A DNA stretch of 64,000 nucleotides from Spirochaetota bacterium (GTDB lineage: Bacteria; Spirochaetota; UBA4802; UBA5550): NCBI GenBank assembly GCA_963664815.2, contig CAXXHB010000002.1:416001-480000 (forward strand). Direction: 5' to 3'. The notes beneath the pieces were generated by a model. The model was not told the DNA's origin and ran no database searches. It was given only the letters and a program-made list of their open reading frames with translations. Within the stretch, counting starts at the first letter, position 1, and every line of letters begins with the position of its first letter. The translations under genes and the position numbers were made by a program. Shown here one piece after another: positions 10,458-21,215 of the stretch.

Positions 10458-11912
10458 CTATGGTTTAAGCGCCGTAAGGTACGGGTAGCCGCTGTTTACA
10501 GACGAGGATATGCTCCATGTGGAGGTAAAGTCCCAGCCGGAATATGTATTCTGTGTTTTCATTTCAGAGGTTGTTTTACCTGCTGCATAGGAGTCCGTTT
10601 GACCTGTAGCTGTTGTATCATAAAAGCATGAAGTGTATGTCACGGAAGTATTAATGCCAACAAATCCTCCGAGATTAGTGCTTCCGGTTACTTTTCCTGC
10701 TGCATAACAGTTACTAATAGTAATAGTTGATGAAGAACCACAATTATTATTACCCACGAATCCACCTGTATTGGTAGTTCCGCTTACTGTTCCAGTAGAA
10801 TAGCAGTTGTTGATTTTTATTTCTACAGAACCTGTGGAATTTGCGCTACCATAATTATAGCCCACAAATCCGCCGACGTTGTTTGCTGATCCTGTAACAT
10901 TACATGTTGTATAGCAGTTGCTTATTGTCATTATCATTGCAACTGTTGATGAATAACAGGAGTTTTCCCCAACCAGCCCGCCGGTATGGGTTGCTCCGCT
11001 TACTGTTCCTGTTGAATAACAGTTACTTATTGATGAATGGTCATTAAATCCAACCAGCCCGCCGGTAAATAATCCAGTTCCGGTTACATTTACTGATGCA
11101 TTGCTGTTATTTATAGATGAACCATAAATGTTAAATCCAGTCAAACCCCCGACCTGATTACCGGTTCCGTTAACAGTTCCGGTGACATAACAGTTATTTA
11201 TTGTTGAATTTGAGTTCTCCCCCACAAGAATTGCTGTACAGGTACCTCCGGAGACATTTGCGTTTTTAATACCCAGATTTTTTATTGTTGCGCCTTCTGC
11301 ATATCCAAAAAGCGCTCTGAAATCCGAAGAGCCGGTTATTTTAAGATTGTTTATAATATGGCTATTGCCGTCAAATGTTCCGGTAAATTTGTAGGCCGTG
11401 TTTGTTGCATAATCACCAATGGGTGTCCAGTTTGTATAGCTGCTCAGATCAATATCAGCCATTAGTATATAGTAACAGGAGAGGTTTGATGCAGCTGACG
11501 CAAGTTCTGATGCTGTATAAATAAAACATAGAGTATTGGATGCGTTAGGCGTAATTTTAAATGTAGATGCATCAGATTTGTTGCTGTACATGTCAACCGC
11601 ATGGATGGTTATGGTATATTCGGTCGTTGAAATAAGACCGTTTATAGTACAGGTTTTTATACCTTTAGCCACATTTAAAGTAGTAGTTGTTCCTTCTGCG
11701 GTATAAGAGACTTCGGTATGATCATATGAGGGATCGGTGTCCGGTTCAGTCCAGTTGAGAGTAAGGCCGCCGGCTGTTCCAGCTGATTGTTTAAGAGTGA
11801 TAACGGCGGGAGAAATCCTGTCACCTCCGCCTGTTATTTCATTAAGACCTTCCCAGCATGAAACAGCCTGCAGGGCGTTAACCAGGAGAAGCAAAATTAT
11901 AATCCTTTTCAT
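10458..11912 (-). CDS. Surface lipoprotein with Fn3 and GLUG-repeat domains
   Basis: Lipobox-like QAVSC; ADIDLS..WTPIG, FTGTFDGN, repeated (V/T)GGLVG.N motifs; GGAGG RBS 8 nt before ATG 11912. Confidence 0.8.
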   Translation of the reverse strand: MKRIIILLLLVNALQAVSCWEGLNEITGGGDRISPAVITLKQSAGTAGGLTLNWTEPDTDPSYDHTEVSYTAEGTTTTLNVAKGIKTCTINGLISTTEYTITIHAVDMYSNKSDASTFKITPNASNTLCFIYTASELASAASNLSCYYILMADIDLSSYTNWTPIGDYATNTAYKFTGTFDGNSHIINNLKITGSSDFRALFGYAEGATIKNLGIKNANVSGGTCTAILVGENSNSTINNCYVTGTVNGTGNQVGGLTGFNIYGSSINNSNASVNVTGTGLFTGGLVGFNDHSSISNCYSTGTVSGATHTGGLVGENSCYSSTVAMIMTISNCYTTCNVTGSANNVGGFVGYNYGSANSTGSVEIKINNCYSTGTVSGTTNTGGFVGNNNCGSSSTITISNCYAAGKVTGSTNLGGFVGINTSVTYTSCFYDTTATGQTDSYAAGKTTSEMKTQNTYSGWDFTSTWSISSSVNSGYPYLTALKP

Positions 11913-11938
11913 TTTATTCATCCTCCGGATAGATATTC

Positions 11939-13354
11939 TTATAGCCCGTGTATAATACCGGCGCTGCATCCTGAATACATACCACTGTCAGCTCCTGTCA
12001 GATAACCGAATGTCCCGCGCAGTGAGATATAAACTGAATTGCTCATCCTGTATTCAAATTCAATCCCCGCCCCTGCGGCAGGTCCCCCTTCCGACAGGGT
12101 TTTATTGGAATAGAGGTATGTTACTTCGTCGCGGGAGGTATACTTTGAATAGAGGTAGGCCCCTCCACCTGTAATAAACGGAATAACAGAGAGCTTTTCA
12201 CCAATAGTGAAATTGTAACCGGTTGTAATCATAAAAGGGATAAAGACCATGCTGTCGGTTTTGCTGAACCTGGTATCAATTGCATCTTTCCCTGTAAGGT
12301 AATAGCATCCTGTTTCTATCCCCACAGTAAAACCCTTGAAAAGATAATTATAAAGTGAAAATGAAAAGGTTCCGCCGTATCCAGTTCCCGCAATATCTCC
12401 AAAGTCACCCATGGGGAATATTACACCGGGGTAGAAGGCTATACGCATTTGCTGTCCACAGGATTCATAGGCGCGGGTTATATTCGATTCATCACCCAGG
12501 TTGTCCACTGCAGATACATAAATTTTATCAAACTTAACGTCGGGCTTTATGGTGAAGGCTGTATTTTTTACTTCGCCCATGAGTTTTTTCTCTTTACCGG
12601 AAGTTACATACACCCTGTATTTATCAACGGAGCCATCCGGGTCGACAGAAGGCTTCCATGAAATGACCTTATTGCCCGGAGGATCGGTTATATATTCTGC
12701 TTCTTCGGGTTTAAGTGGTAAAATGTTTTTTGTTGTAACCTCTATCTCGTTACTGTAGGGGGTCTCGTCATTACGCGGATCAATGCCTGTAACTACTATA
12801 AAGAAATGTCTGTTGCTCGGGAGATTTTCAAGAGTGTACTTATTGGAGCCGGATGTTGCTGCAAGTTCGTATTTACCCCCCTTCTCTTTCTTTGTGTAGA
12901 TGTTATACTTTTTCATTTTGTCGTAAGGATGGTACCATGTGAGTTTTATGGTTGTAGTGTCTGCCTCCCCTTTAAGCCCTGAAGGGTTACGCTCCGCTAT
13001 AAAAAGAACCTCTTTTCGTTCAAGCCTGAACTCCTCCGGTTTGAAGAGATCACGACGGAAGGTATAGGATTCCCTGTCTTCATCCACCATGTAGGCGGTA
13101 AAGTTTTCCCCGTTTTTTCTCTGCACTAATATTTTTCCCATGTTAAGTTCAGTGTAGAGGACCCGGATAACATTTGTACGTTTATAGGTTTCCCTTTTCT
13201 TTTCATCAGTTAGTATAGTTATTGAGGCTGCACTTTCGCTTTTAATTGCCCCCTTGTGTATGGCGCCGTCTAATGTGAAAACATACTCCGCATGAATGGG
13301 CAGAGGGAGGGTTAATAAGACGACGGTAATAAGCAGGGTATAACTATATTTCAT
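11939..13354 (-). CDS. Exported protein with Fn3 domains and a C-terminal outer-membrane beta-barrel
   Basis: Signal peptide; Fn3 patterns (LTW..Y..Y, SWKPSVDPDG...Y); C-terminal alternating amphipathic beta strands. Confidence 0.7.
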   Translation of the reverse strand: MKYSYTLLITVVLLTLPLPIHAEYVFTLDGAIHKGAIKSESAASITILTDEKKRETYKRTNVIRVLYTELNMGKILVQRKNGENFTAYMVDEDRESYTFRRDLFKPEEFRLERKEVLFIAERNPSGLKGEADTTTIKLTWYHPYDKMKKYNIYTKKEKGGKYELAATSGSNKYTLENLPSNRHFFIVVTGIDPRNDETPYSNEIEVTTKNILPLKPEEAEYITDPPGNKVISWKPSVDPDGSVDKYRVYVTSGKEKKLMGEVKNTAFTIKPDVKFDKIYVSAVDNLGDESNITRAYESCGQQMRIAFYPGVIFPMGDFGDIAGTGYGGTFSFSLYNYLFKGFTVGIETGCYYLTGKDAIDTRFSKTDSMVFIPFMITTGYNFTIGEKLSVIPFITGGGAYLYSKYTSRDEVTYLYSNKTLSEGGPAAGAGIEFEYRMSNSVYISLRGTFGYLTGADSGMYSGCSAGIIHGL

Positions 13355-13499
13355 GCTATTCTCCTTCAGGGGATTATTGTTCCCGGGAAAGTTTTTTTGT
13401 CATATTTTAATACTATAGTAGAACTAATTATTTAATTCTGAAGAATAATTTCAACAACTATTCGGAATGATCTGTGAAGATTTAGTGTCTATGCAGATA

Positions 13500-15254
13500 C
13501 TATTCGCGAAAAGTGTTCATTTTTTTACAGATGTCAGGATTTGTTTCCGAGATATTATTTTTTTCAGCAGGATCAGCTTTCAAGTCATATAACTCTTCGG
13601 TATTATATCGTCTGTTTAGAATGTATTTATATCTTCCGTCACTGCATCCCCAGTATGGAGTGCTGAAGCTTGTAAAAAAAACAGCCTTCCTCAGAGTGTC
13701 AGTAAAAAGGCTGGATCCTTCAGGATTGAAGTTTCCATAAGGTGTACCTGTCAAATCAAGGATAGTGGGCGCTATGTCCAGGTGGCTTGTAACCTGATTG
13801 TATTCAACTTTTTTAGGGAATATAACCGGGTTTATTATCATTGCAACTGTGTGTACATTTTCATCATAAAGATAAATCGAATGTAAGTAGTTTCTTGTGT
13901 GCTGGTAGAATGCTTCACCGTGGTCAGAAACCAAAACAAAGAGAGTATTTTTCTCCAGCCCGTTTTTAACAAGCAGTGCATAGCATTTTCCTATCACATC
14001 GTCTGCGCCATGAAGAGCATTTTTGTACATGTCAAATGGTTTAGCCGTTCCGAATACCTCGTAGGATTTTGAACAAACATCATACGGGTGATGCGGATTT
14101 ACAGAACTGAGAGCAAGAAAGAATTTTTCCCTTGAATGAGTCTTTAAAAAACTCTCCATATACCATATAAGGGTGTTATCTTCAAGACCCATTGAGGTTG
14201 TCCTGCTTTCAGGGTAAAGTGCCCTGAGTTCTGTGCTGTCGCTTACCTTGTTAAAGTGCGGCAGCAGGAAGTCTTTCTCGTAGTATTCCTTCCCGTCAAC
14301 GGGCATAACAAACTCGGAGTAGTATCCTGCCCCGGAAAGCACCTGCGCAAAGGAGATGTCTTTCCTGCTCATAGCAAGGAATTGTTTCCAGTTCCTGGAG
14401 ACATAGGGGAAACGGCCGGTCATAAGGCTGTAGACGGCTTTAAGCGTAGCCGGTTCGGTGGTGTAATGTGAATTGAGCACAAGGGCTCTGTCTGACAGTG
14501 AAACAATATTTGGCGTAACTTCCGGACTGAGGTATCCTGGCGTTGTTGATTCAAGTATAAACATCACGACGTTCATGTTTTTCGCTGAGCCGGGTGCTGC
14601 GGAAGCAAATGCCTTACTGCTTTTCAAATTGGGCCTGGTGATGTGACTATTCTGATAATTTTCAGTATTCTGTTGATCTTTATTGCTGAAGATGGAGGAT
14701 GTAAGCTCGAGGATGGGGTCACGATCAATTGAGTGAAACTCGGTTTTGCTGCTGCGGGAGTAAAGAGCCGATGATGAAATGATGAATACTATGGTTGCTG
14801 TGAGAATAACCGGTACTCTGTGTTTGAACCCTCTGACTTTTCCGGCGTAAAGCGATAAAACTGCATAAACAATTCCTGTAACAGCCAAAGCAACAGTGAG
14901 GATATCGGTTTCCTGTATAAAACTGTTTTTATAAAGACTAAGGTAGTTAATCTGTTGAAAAAGTTCATACGTCATAAAAGTCCCAATGGTAAGGTAAAGC
15001 TTTATGTTAAGCATGGTTATCATAATTATAAAAAAATAGATGATTGATACAGGTATGGCTAATGTTTTTTTTAAACATCGCGCAGATTTAAGTATCGGCA
15101 GGTCAAGGAACAGAAAAACCAGCCCGCTCATAAGTATGCTGCTGAGGAAAAAGTATGGAAGAGACAGAAGAATATTGTACGAGAAATTAATTGATATAAG
15201 AAAAATCTTCAAAATTATTGAAAGGATTAGATAAAAAAACCACAAATTGCCCAT
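13500..15254 (-). CDS. LTA synthase / sulfatase family membrane protein
   Basis: About 4 N-terminal TM helices; ILES, PHHPY, SDHGE, SHLDIAPT, ELYDL..DP.E motifs; Thr at the catalytic position. Confidence 0.85.
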   Translation of the reverse strand: MGNLWFFYLILSIILKIFLISINFSYNILLSLPYFFLSSILMSGLVFLFLDLPILKSARCLKKTLAIPVSIIYFFIIMITMLNIKLYLTIGTFMTYELFQQINYLSLYKNSFIQETDILTVALAVTGIVYAVLSLYAGKVRGFKHRVPVILTATIVFIISSSALYSRSSKTEFHSIDRDPILELTSSIFSNKDQQNTENYQNSHITRPNLKSSKAFASAAPGSAKNMNVVMFILESTTPGYLSPEVTPNIVSLSDRALVLNSHYTTEPATLKAVYSLMTGRFPYVSRNWKQFLAMSRKDISFAQVLSGAGYYSEFVMPVDGKEYYEKDFLLPHFNKVSDSTELRALYPESRTTSMGLEDNTLIWYMESFLKTHSREKFFLALSSVNPHHPYDVCSKSYEVFGTAKPFDMYKNALHGADDVIGKCYALLVKNGLEKNTLFVLVSDHGEAFYQHTRNYLHSIYLYDENVHTVAMIINPVIFPKKVEYNQVTSHLDIAPTILDLTGTPYGNFNPEGSSLFTDTLRKAVFFTSFSTPYWGCSDGRYKYILNRRYNTEELYDLKADPAEKNNISETNPDICKKMNTFRE

Positions 15255-15435
15255 CGTCTGAAACCTGTTTATCTATACTATTACTTTAATATAATAGGTT
15301 TCCGCATTAATCCGGTGTCAAGCGGTTATTCTTTTTGATTTGACGATTTATTAACATATTTTAAAACCATATATATGATATTGATCTGTTATGTATAAAA
15401 TTATTTTATATATAATTAATACCCGGGGAGATAAA

Positions 15436-15963
15436 ATGAAAAAACTTAATTTAAATTTTGCAACAGCTATTATTCTTATTTTGCTTACAGGGATTACATC
15501 TCTTTACGCGGAGGATTTTAAATTTCCGGTGGATGAATATGGCAATGACTATACTTTTTTCGCAGACAAGAGCACCTATGTCGCACAGGTCAATGCCGGG
15601 AATACAAATTCCTCCGGTGCAGAGAGCACTGCAGATATAAATATGCATAAAATTCTGGGATGGAGTACACTGGCCTCTGCACTGGCAACCTTCGCAGCTA
15701 TAGGCTTGGGAGGTAAAGACCTTCACTGCGGGCTTGCATATACCTCGACAGCTCTTGCCGTAGCAACATGTACAACAGGTTACTATTCATACAGCGATGT
15801 ATTGGGTAATGATACACTTTACACAACACATGCCCTGCTCGGTACACTTGCCACTGCAGGATTCGGTGCAGCACTTGCAATGGCTGATGGAGGTCCTCAT
15901 GCGGTCGTGGGAGCTTCATCGGGAGTTGTCTTTGTTTTTACAATAGGGATGGTATATTTCTGA
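15436..15963 (+). CDS. Hypothetical membrane protein with His-containing TM helices
   Basis: GGAG RBS before MKKL; signal peptide plus about 4 hydrophobic segments (HKILGW, HCGL, HALLG, HAVVG). Confidence 0.6.
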   Translation: MKKLNLNFATAIILILLTGITSLYAEDFKFPVDEYGNDYTFFADKSTYVAQVNAGNTNSSGAESTADINMHKILGWSTLASALATFAAIGLGGKDLHCGLAYTSTALAVATCTTGYYSYSDVLGNDTLYTTHALLGTLATAGFGAALAMADGGPHAVVGASSGVVFVFTIGMVYF

Positions 15964-16008
15964 TATTATTAATATCCTAAATGTACATGCAGATAAAATG
16001 GCGGTTTT

Positions 16009-16869
16009 TCAGACAGTAATAACCATTCCTTCGGAACAGGCAAAAAATTCCAGGGATATTTTTTTTTCATTTATATATTTACGATATAAATCAACCTGCT
16101 GATCAATTTCATCATCAGTACGATCCGGGTCGTGATGAAACAATCCCAGACGTTTAACACCGGCTTTAAGTGCAAGATTAACTGCATCGCCGAATGTTGA
16201 GTGGCCCCATGTGATGGTTTTTTTATATTCATCTTCGGTATACTGTGCATCGTGAATCAGGAGATCGGCGTCCCTGCAGAAATCAGCATATTCTTCCATA
16301 GAGAGACCCCCATCATGGATGTATCGCAGTTCATTGTCTGAAAGGAAGACAAAGGATTTTCCGTTGCTGACAAATTTGAAACCGTAACCACCGTTAGGGT
16401 GATTGAGAGGAATTGAACTGCACCTGATAGATTTTATTCTGCCACCAGGGGAGTGATCACAAATGCCCTGACTGCAGTGACAACCTTCTGTAAAAGTTGC
16501 TTTCATTGCGGATATTTCCACTGGGAAATAAGGGGGTTCCATCTGGTGAGTAACATATTTCATTACTGTACCTTGAGGTACAGGTCCGCCGCATAAAGAC
16601 ACTTTGCAATCCGAGAAATATGCCGGCCTGAAAAAAGGGAAACCTGAAAGATGATCCCAATGGGCATGGGTAAAGAGAATTGTTAAGTTTTTATCCCCAT
16701 CTTTTAAAATTTCATTCCCCAGCTTCCTTATACCCGATCCTGCATCAATTATGAGTCTTTCCCCTTCATCAGATATTATTTCAATGCAAGTAGATTCGCC
16801 GCCGTAAATAAGAGTTTCTTTTCCCGGCGCCGGTATTGATCCCCTGCATCCCCAGATTTTAACTTTCAT
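16009..16869 (-). CDS. MBL-fold metallo-hydrolase (RNase Z / phosphodiesterase-like)
   Basis: WGCRGSIP, THAHWDH, HDAQY, WGHS, FHHDP motifs. Confidence 0.88.
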   Translation of the reverse strand: MKVKIWGCRGSIPAPGKETLIYGGESTCIEIISDEGERLIIDAGSGIRKLGNEILKDGDKNLTILFTHAHWDHLSGFPFFRPAYFSDCKVSLCGGPVPQGTVMKYVTHQMEPPYFPVEISAMKATFTEGCHCSQGICDHSPGGRIKSIRCSSIPLNHPNGGYGFKFVSNGKSFVFLSDNELRYIHDGGLSMEEYADFCRDADLLIHDAQYTEDEYKKTITWGHSTFGDAVNLALKAGVKRLGLFHHDPDRTDDEIDQQVDLYRKYINEKKISLEFFACSEGMVITV

Positions 16870-16881
16870 TGAAAGTACCTC

Positions 16882-17436
16882 TTACTTTTTTTTATTATTT
16901 GAACTATGAAATCTTACCCATGGAGGAATAATTTTGAAAGTCTTATCCGCGAAGGTATTACGAACCCTTTCTGAACGGAGAAAATACGGGATGCATATTG
17001 AGGAAAATATGAGTGAGATTAATAATTCCCGCAAAGATGAAGTGTTATTCAATGCTCCTACAGTATCTATCATATCTGCCATTAAAAAATCGCAGGTGAA
17101 AAAGAAGAGGTTTGCCAGCAGAAAAAGAATAAACATCAGGGGAAATCTGTGATTCTTTTTGAAAAAGAAAAAAAGAAGCAGAATGGACAGTATTATGAAA
17201 ATGATATTACCTGTTATTTCAAATATAATTACCGGTGCCCAGAGTTTATGATATGCCGGTGATTCCGGGGTTGTGAGAATTAACCAGTAGTCTTTTGCAT
17301 AAAAAGGCAGAAAATTGGTGAAGAGATAAATTATGTTTTTAAGCGGTATAAAAAAAAGGACAATAATCGGAAGTATAAGCCAGCCGCTTATCCCTTTCAG
17401 CTCTTTTCTCTTCTCAGGCATGATTAGTCGCTCCAT
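16882..17436 (-). CDS. DUF2569-like membrane protein
   Basis: GISGWLILP N-terminus, 4 TM helices, IPYFLRSERVRNTF C-terminal motif. Confidence 0.75.
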   Translation of the reverse strand: MERLIMPEKRKELKGISGWLILPIIVLFFIPLKNIIYLFTNFLPFYAKDYWLILTTPESPAYHKLWAPVIIFEITGNIIFIILSILLLFFFFKKNHRFPLMFILFLLANLFFFTCDFLMADMIDTVGALNNTSSLRELLISLIFSSICIPYFLRSERVRNTFADKTFKIIPPWVRFHSSNNKKK

Positions 17437-17984
17437 TACTTACTTTTCATATGTAAAGTTAAAGATTTCAACTGTTATTTTTTAACATCTGTAAATTATT
17501 TAATAAATATCTGGTGTATGGTAATTTTTTATTAAATAGAAGGTCAAATGAAACATTGGATCAAAACAGAATCTCCATTTCGTGGTATTTTACAGACAGT
17601 CTATTGACAGTATTCAAACAGTATGCTCACCCTTTCAGACATAAGTAAACTACTGTTAATATAAGGTCAGTAAAGGGTCTATAAACCGTCTGAAATCGAT
17701 GGCTTTCTATCCAATATGAAAGACTTAATTATTCTAACAATTCATGAAAAACCTTCATACTTGAAAAGACTTTATATTACAAAAAAGAGTGTAGTAAAAA
17801 TAACCTTTAGATAAAGTCTTTTTATTTTTACTACACTCTCAAAACCTGCAACAGTTAATCTTATAATAGTAATTCGAGAGGATTTTTTTTATAAATTTAT
17901 TCTATTAACCTGTTGACATTATATAAAATAGTATAATAAAAGCTTTAATATTTACATTGCTGCCGAGTTAGAGCGCGAAACTCT

Positions 17985-18890
17985 TTGATAAAAATAGATA
18001 AACATATTAACGTTATCAGGTTTCCGGGATTTGAATATCCTCACTGCAACTGTATGTGGATTGAGGATGAAATCAACTGCCTTATTGATACCAGCCCGCA
18101 TAAAGATGACCTAAATTTTTTAATGACACAGAGAGTGGATCTCATAGTAAATTCTCACGGTCATATAGATCACTATCAGTATAACCACCTTTTTCCTGAC
18201 AGCAGAGTAATGATGCACCATGCAGACAGAGCTATCGCACAGTCTCCTGAAAAGTATGCGGAGGCTTTTGGTTTTTATGAATTGGTAAAAAATCCCGTTG
18301 TTGAAAAGTATTACCTTGACGCAGTTCATTACAGGACTACAAAGATTGATGAATTTCTGGATGAAGGGAAAATAATAAATCTTGGTGCCACCGTTATGCA
18401 GACGGTTCACCTTCCGGGACATTCCCCCGGTCATAGTGGTTTTCTTTTTCCGGAAAAGGGATTTATCTTCACTGCAGATATTGACCTGTCGACCTTCGGG
18501 CCATGGTATGCTAACATAAACTGTTCCCTTACTGAACTTATTGGTTCAATAAATCGTGTTATAGAAATGAAGCCAGAGTATATTGTTACAGGGCATGGTG
18601 AGGGTATTGTTAAAGAAAACTATTCAGGCCGGCTTGCTCAGTATCGTGATATTGTGTTTGCCAGACAGAAAAGAATTGTCGATCTGATGTACAACGGCTA
18701 TAATACCCTTGATGCGATTGCGAAGATGTATCCTGTTTATCAGCAGCTCCCGCGGCCGGAAATTATTTTCTATCTTTATGAGCAGGTAATGGTACTTGTT
18801 CATTTGCGGTATCTCATACAGACTGGTTCTGTTATACAGGATGGGGAAGGTTACTATCTGGAAGAGGGGCTAAAGGCTTCGCTGTTTTAA
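17985..18890 (+). CDS. MBL-fold metallo-hydrolase
   Basis: SHGHIDH, PGHSPGH, TGHG motifs; TTG start. Confidence 0.85.
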   Translation: MIKIDKHINVIRFPGFEYPHCNCMWIEDEINCLIDTSPHKDDLNFLMTQRVDLIVNSHGHIDHYQYNHLFPDSRVMMHHADRAIAQSPEKYAEAFGFYELVKNPVVEKYYLDAVHYRTTKIDEFLDEGKIINLGATVMQTVHLPGHSPGHSGFLFPEKGFIFTADIDLSTFGPWYANINCSLTELIGSINRVIEMKPEYIVTGHGEGIVKENYSGRLAQYRDIVFARQKRIVDLMYNGYNTLDAIAKMYPVYQQLPRPEIIFYLYEQVMVLVHLRYLIQTGSVIQDGEGYYLEEGLKASLF

Positions 18891-19071
18891 GTGGAGCAAA
18901 ATATTATATGTTTCAAAGATTTTATATATTTCAACGAGTTAAAGCTTCCTTTATTCCGGATGGCGGCTCAATGCCGGAGGATTTTTTAGATTTATAAAAA
19001 ATAAAAATCCTTCCTGTTTCTCTCGTTATATTCCCTTTGATTAAAGAATGTTTGTATAACTGGGGTACTAG

Positions 19072-21072
19072 ATGTTTGAGATATTGTTCAGTTCAATAAA
19101 AATAAACAATACAACAATAAAGAACAGAATTGTCTATCCCTCTCTTGCGCTTTTTTATTCAAATGACAGAAAACTGAATAACAGATATCTGGACTTTTTT
19201 AGAGAGAAGGCGAAAGGTGGCGCAGGAATTGTTACCGTGGGTCCGGTTCTCTTTGACAATACAGGTACCGGTGTAATTACGCTGACTATTGAGAGTGATG
19301 AATATATTAATTCATTCAGAAAACTCGTTTCCGTCATAAAAAATGAAGGCGCATGCGCATGGATGCAGTTATATCATGCCGGGGCATACGCCTATTCTTC
19401 GATGATGAATGGCGCTCAGTCTGTTGCCCCTTCCGCTATATATTCAAAATATTCCAAGGAGACTCCGCGGGAGATGTCAATAGAGGAAATTATCTCTGTT
19501 CAGGAGTCTTTTATCCGGGGAGCGGAACGCGCGAAAGAGGCGGGTTTTGACGGAGTTGAACTTATCGGTTCTGCCGGTTACCTGATTACGCAGTTTTTAT
19601 CTCCTGTTAAAAATCATCGTACTGACATGTATGGAGGTTCTTTTGATAACAGAATACGTTTTGTACGAGAACTTATAGAGAAGATGCGTCAAAGACTGGG
19701 GGAGGAATTCCCTATAACAATACGCATGGCGGGAAATGATTTTGTTCCTGGGAGTAATACAGATTCAGAAACGCCACTCATCGCAAAGGTTTATGAAGAG
19801 GCCGGGATAAACGCCATAAGTGTGACAGGCGGGTGGCATGAATCTCATGTCCCGCAGCTTGCCATGGAACTGCCCCGTGGAGGGTTTGCTTATCTGGCAA
19901 AAGCTGTCAGGGATGCGGTTTCTATTCCGGTTATGGCTTCTAACAGGATTGCAGAACCTTTTATGGCAGAAAGACTGATAAAAGAGGGATACGCTGATAT
20001 GGTAAACCTCGGACGTGTCCTCATTGCGGATCCCTTCTGGCCGGTTAAGGCACAAAGCGGACGGGTTAAAGAAATCAGACCATGTGTGGCATGTTCACAG
20101 GGATGTACTGATGAATTTTTCAGCGGACGCTCCGTTGTATGTCTTGCCAATGCTCGCGCAGGTTTTGAGGGGGTGAGGAATATTCATCATGTAAATCACC
20201 CTAAAAGGGTTATGGTGATTGGAGCAGGGCCGGGAGGCCTTGAAGCAGCATATCGTGCAGCGGAGACTGGCCATATTGTTGACCTTTACGAAAAGAATGA
20301 CAGGATCGGGGGACAGATATGGATTGCAGGAACACCTCCTCATAAAAGGGAGCTTTGTGAGCTGGTCAGTTTTTATAATGAGATGATAGTTAAGTACGGA
20401 ATTAATGTACATTTTAATGTTGAAGTTACAATAGATATTATAGAAAAAGTAAAACCTGATTTTATCATTGCAGCGGAAGGTGGAGAACCGGCGACTCCTC
20501 TGGTTGATGGTATAAATGATGGTGCAGTTATTACCGCGTGGGATGTTCTGAAAAATGATCCGCCACTGGGGAAAAAAATTGCAGTTATCGGTGGTGGAGC
20601 AGTGGGGCTTGAAACGGCGGAATTTATTGCGGAAAAGGGAACCATTGATCCGGAAACACTCTATTTCCTGTTTAAATACAGGGCTGAAAGCGATGAAAGG
20701 CTTCACGAACTGATACGAAAAGGTTTAAAGAGTGTAACCGTTTTTGAAATGCTTCCCAAAGCTGGTATGGATGTGGGTAAATCTTCTAAATGGATTATTA
20801 TGGCTAATATGGAAAGCTATAATGTTAAAATAATCACAGGGGCGAAGGTTAAGTCAGTAATGGACGGTATTGTTGTTTATGAAAAAGATGCTACACTTCT
20901 TGAATTGAAATTTGATAACATTATAAACGCAACAGGAACAAAACCTGTCAGAAAGATTGCGGATAAGCTTAGTGAAACAGGGATCCCTTTTACTGTTATT
21001 GGTGACAGTCTTCGTCCTGCACGTATCCTTGAAGCAATACATGAGGGGTATCTCTCTGTGATGAATATTTGA
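19072..21072 (+). CDS. fadH: NADH:flavin oxidoreductase, 2,4-dienoyl-CoA reductase-like
   Basis: Old Yellow Enzyme domain (AGFDGVE, GYLITQFLSP, RTDMYGGS), CVACSQGC Fe-S motif, two GxGxxG Rossmann motifs. Confidence 0.8.
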   Translation: MFEILFSSIKINNTTIKNRIVYPSLALFYSNDRKLNNRYLDFFREKAKGGAGIVTVGPVLFDNTGTGVITLTIESDEYINSFRKLVSVIKNEGACAWMQLYHAGAYAYSSMMNGAQSVAPSAIYSKYSKETPREMSIEEIISVQESFIRGAERAKEAGFDGVELIGSAGYLITQFLSPVKNHRTDMYGGSFDNRIRFVRELIEKMRQRLGEEFPITIRMAGNDFVPGSNTDSETPLIAKVYEEAGINAISVTGGWHESHVPQLAMELPRGGFAYLAKAVRDAVSIPVMASNRIAEPFMAERLIKEGYADMVNLGRVLIADPFWPVKAQSGRVKEIRPCVACSQGCTDEFFSGRSVVCLANARAGFEGVRNIHHVNHPKRVMVIGAGPGGLEAAYRAAETGHIVDLYEKNDRIGGQIWIAGTPPHKRELCELVSFYNEMIVKYGINVHFNVEVTIDIIEKVKPDFIIAAEGGEPATPLVDGINDGAVITAWDVLKNDPPLGKKIAVIGGGAVGLETAEFIAEKGTIDPETLYFLFKYRAESDERLHELIRKGLKSVTVFEMLPKAGMDVGKSSKWIIMANMESYNVKIITGAKVKSVMDGIVVYEKDATLLELKFDNIINATGTKPVRKIADKLSETGIPFTVIGDSLRPARILEAIHEGYLSVMNI

Positions 21073-21215
21073 TTTATATAGCCAGTGTTATGCTTTTATA
21101 GAAAAAGATAAAACATTTTAAATAAATCAGTTATTCTGAAAATCTTAATTGACTTAATTAAAGATTCTTTATTTTTTCATGATAGTTAAATTCCTGACAT
21201 TATCTGGAGAACAAA

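Noticed and set aside
17913-17937. TTGACA...TATAAT upstream of the MBL gene
   Set aside because: The spacer is only 13 bp, so it is not a canonical sigma70 promoter as paired
20095-20706. 203-aa minus-strand ORF within fadH, and the many short nested ORFs across the window
   Set aside because: Fully overlap well-supported genes on another frame or strand; no recognisable motifs
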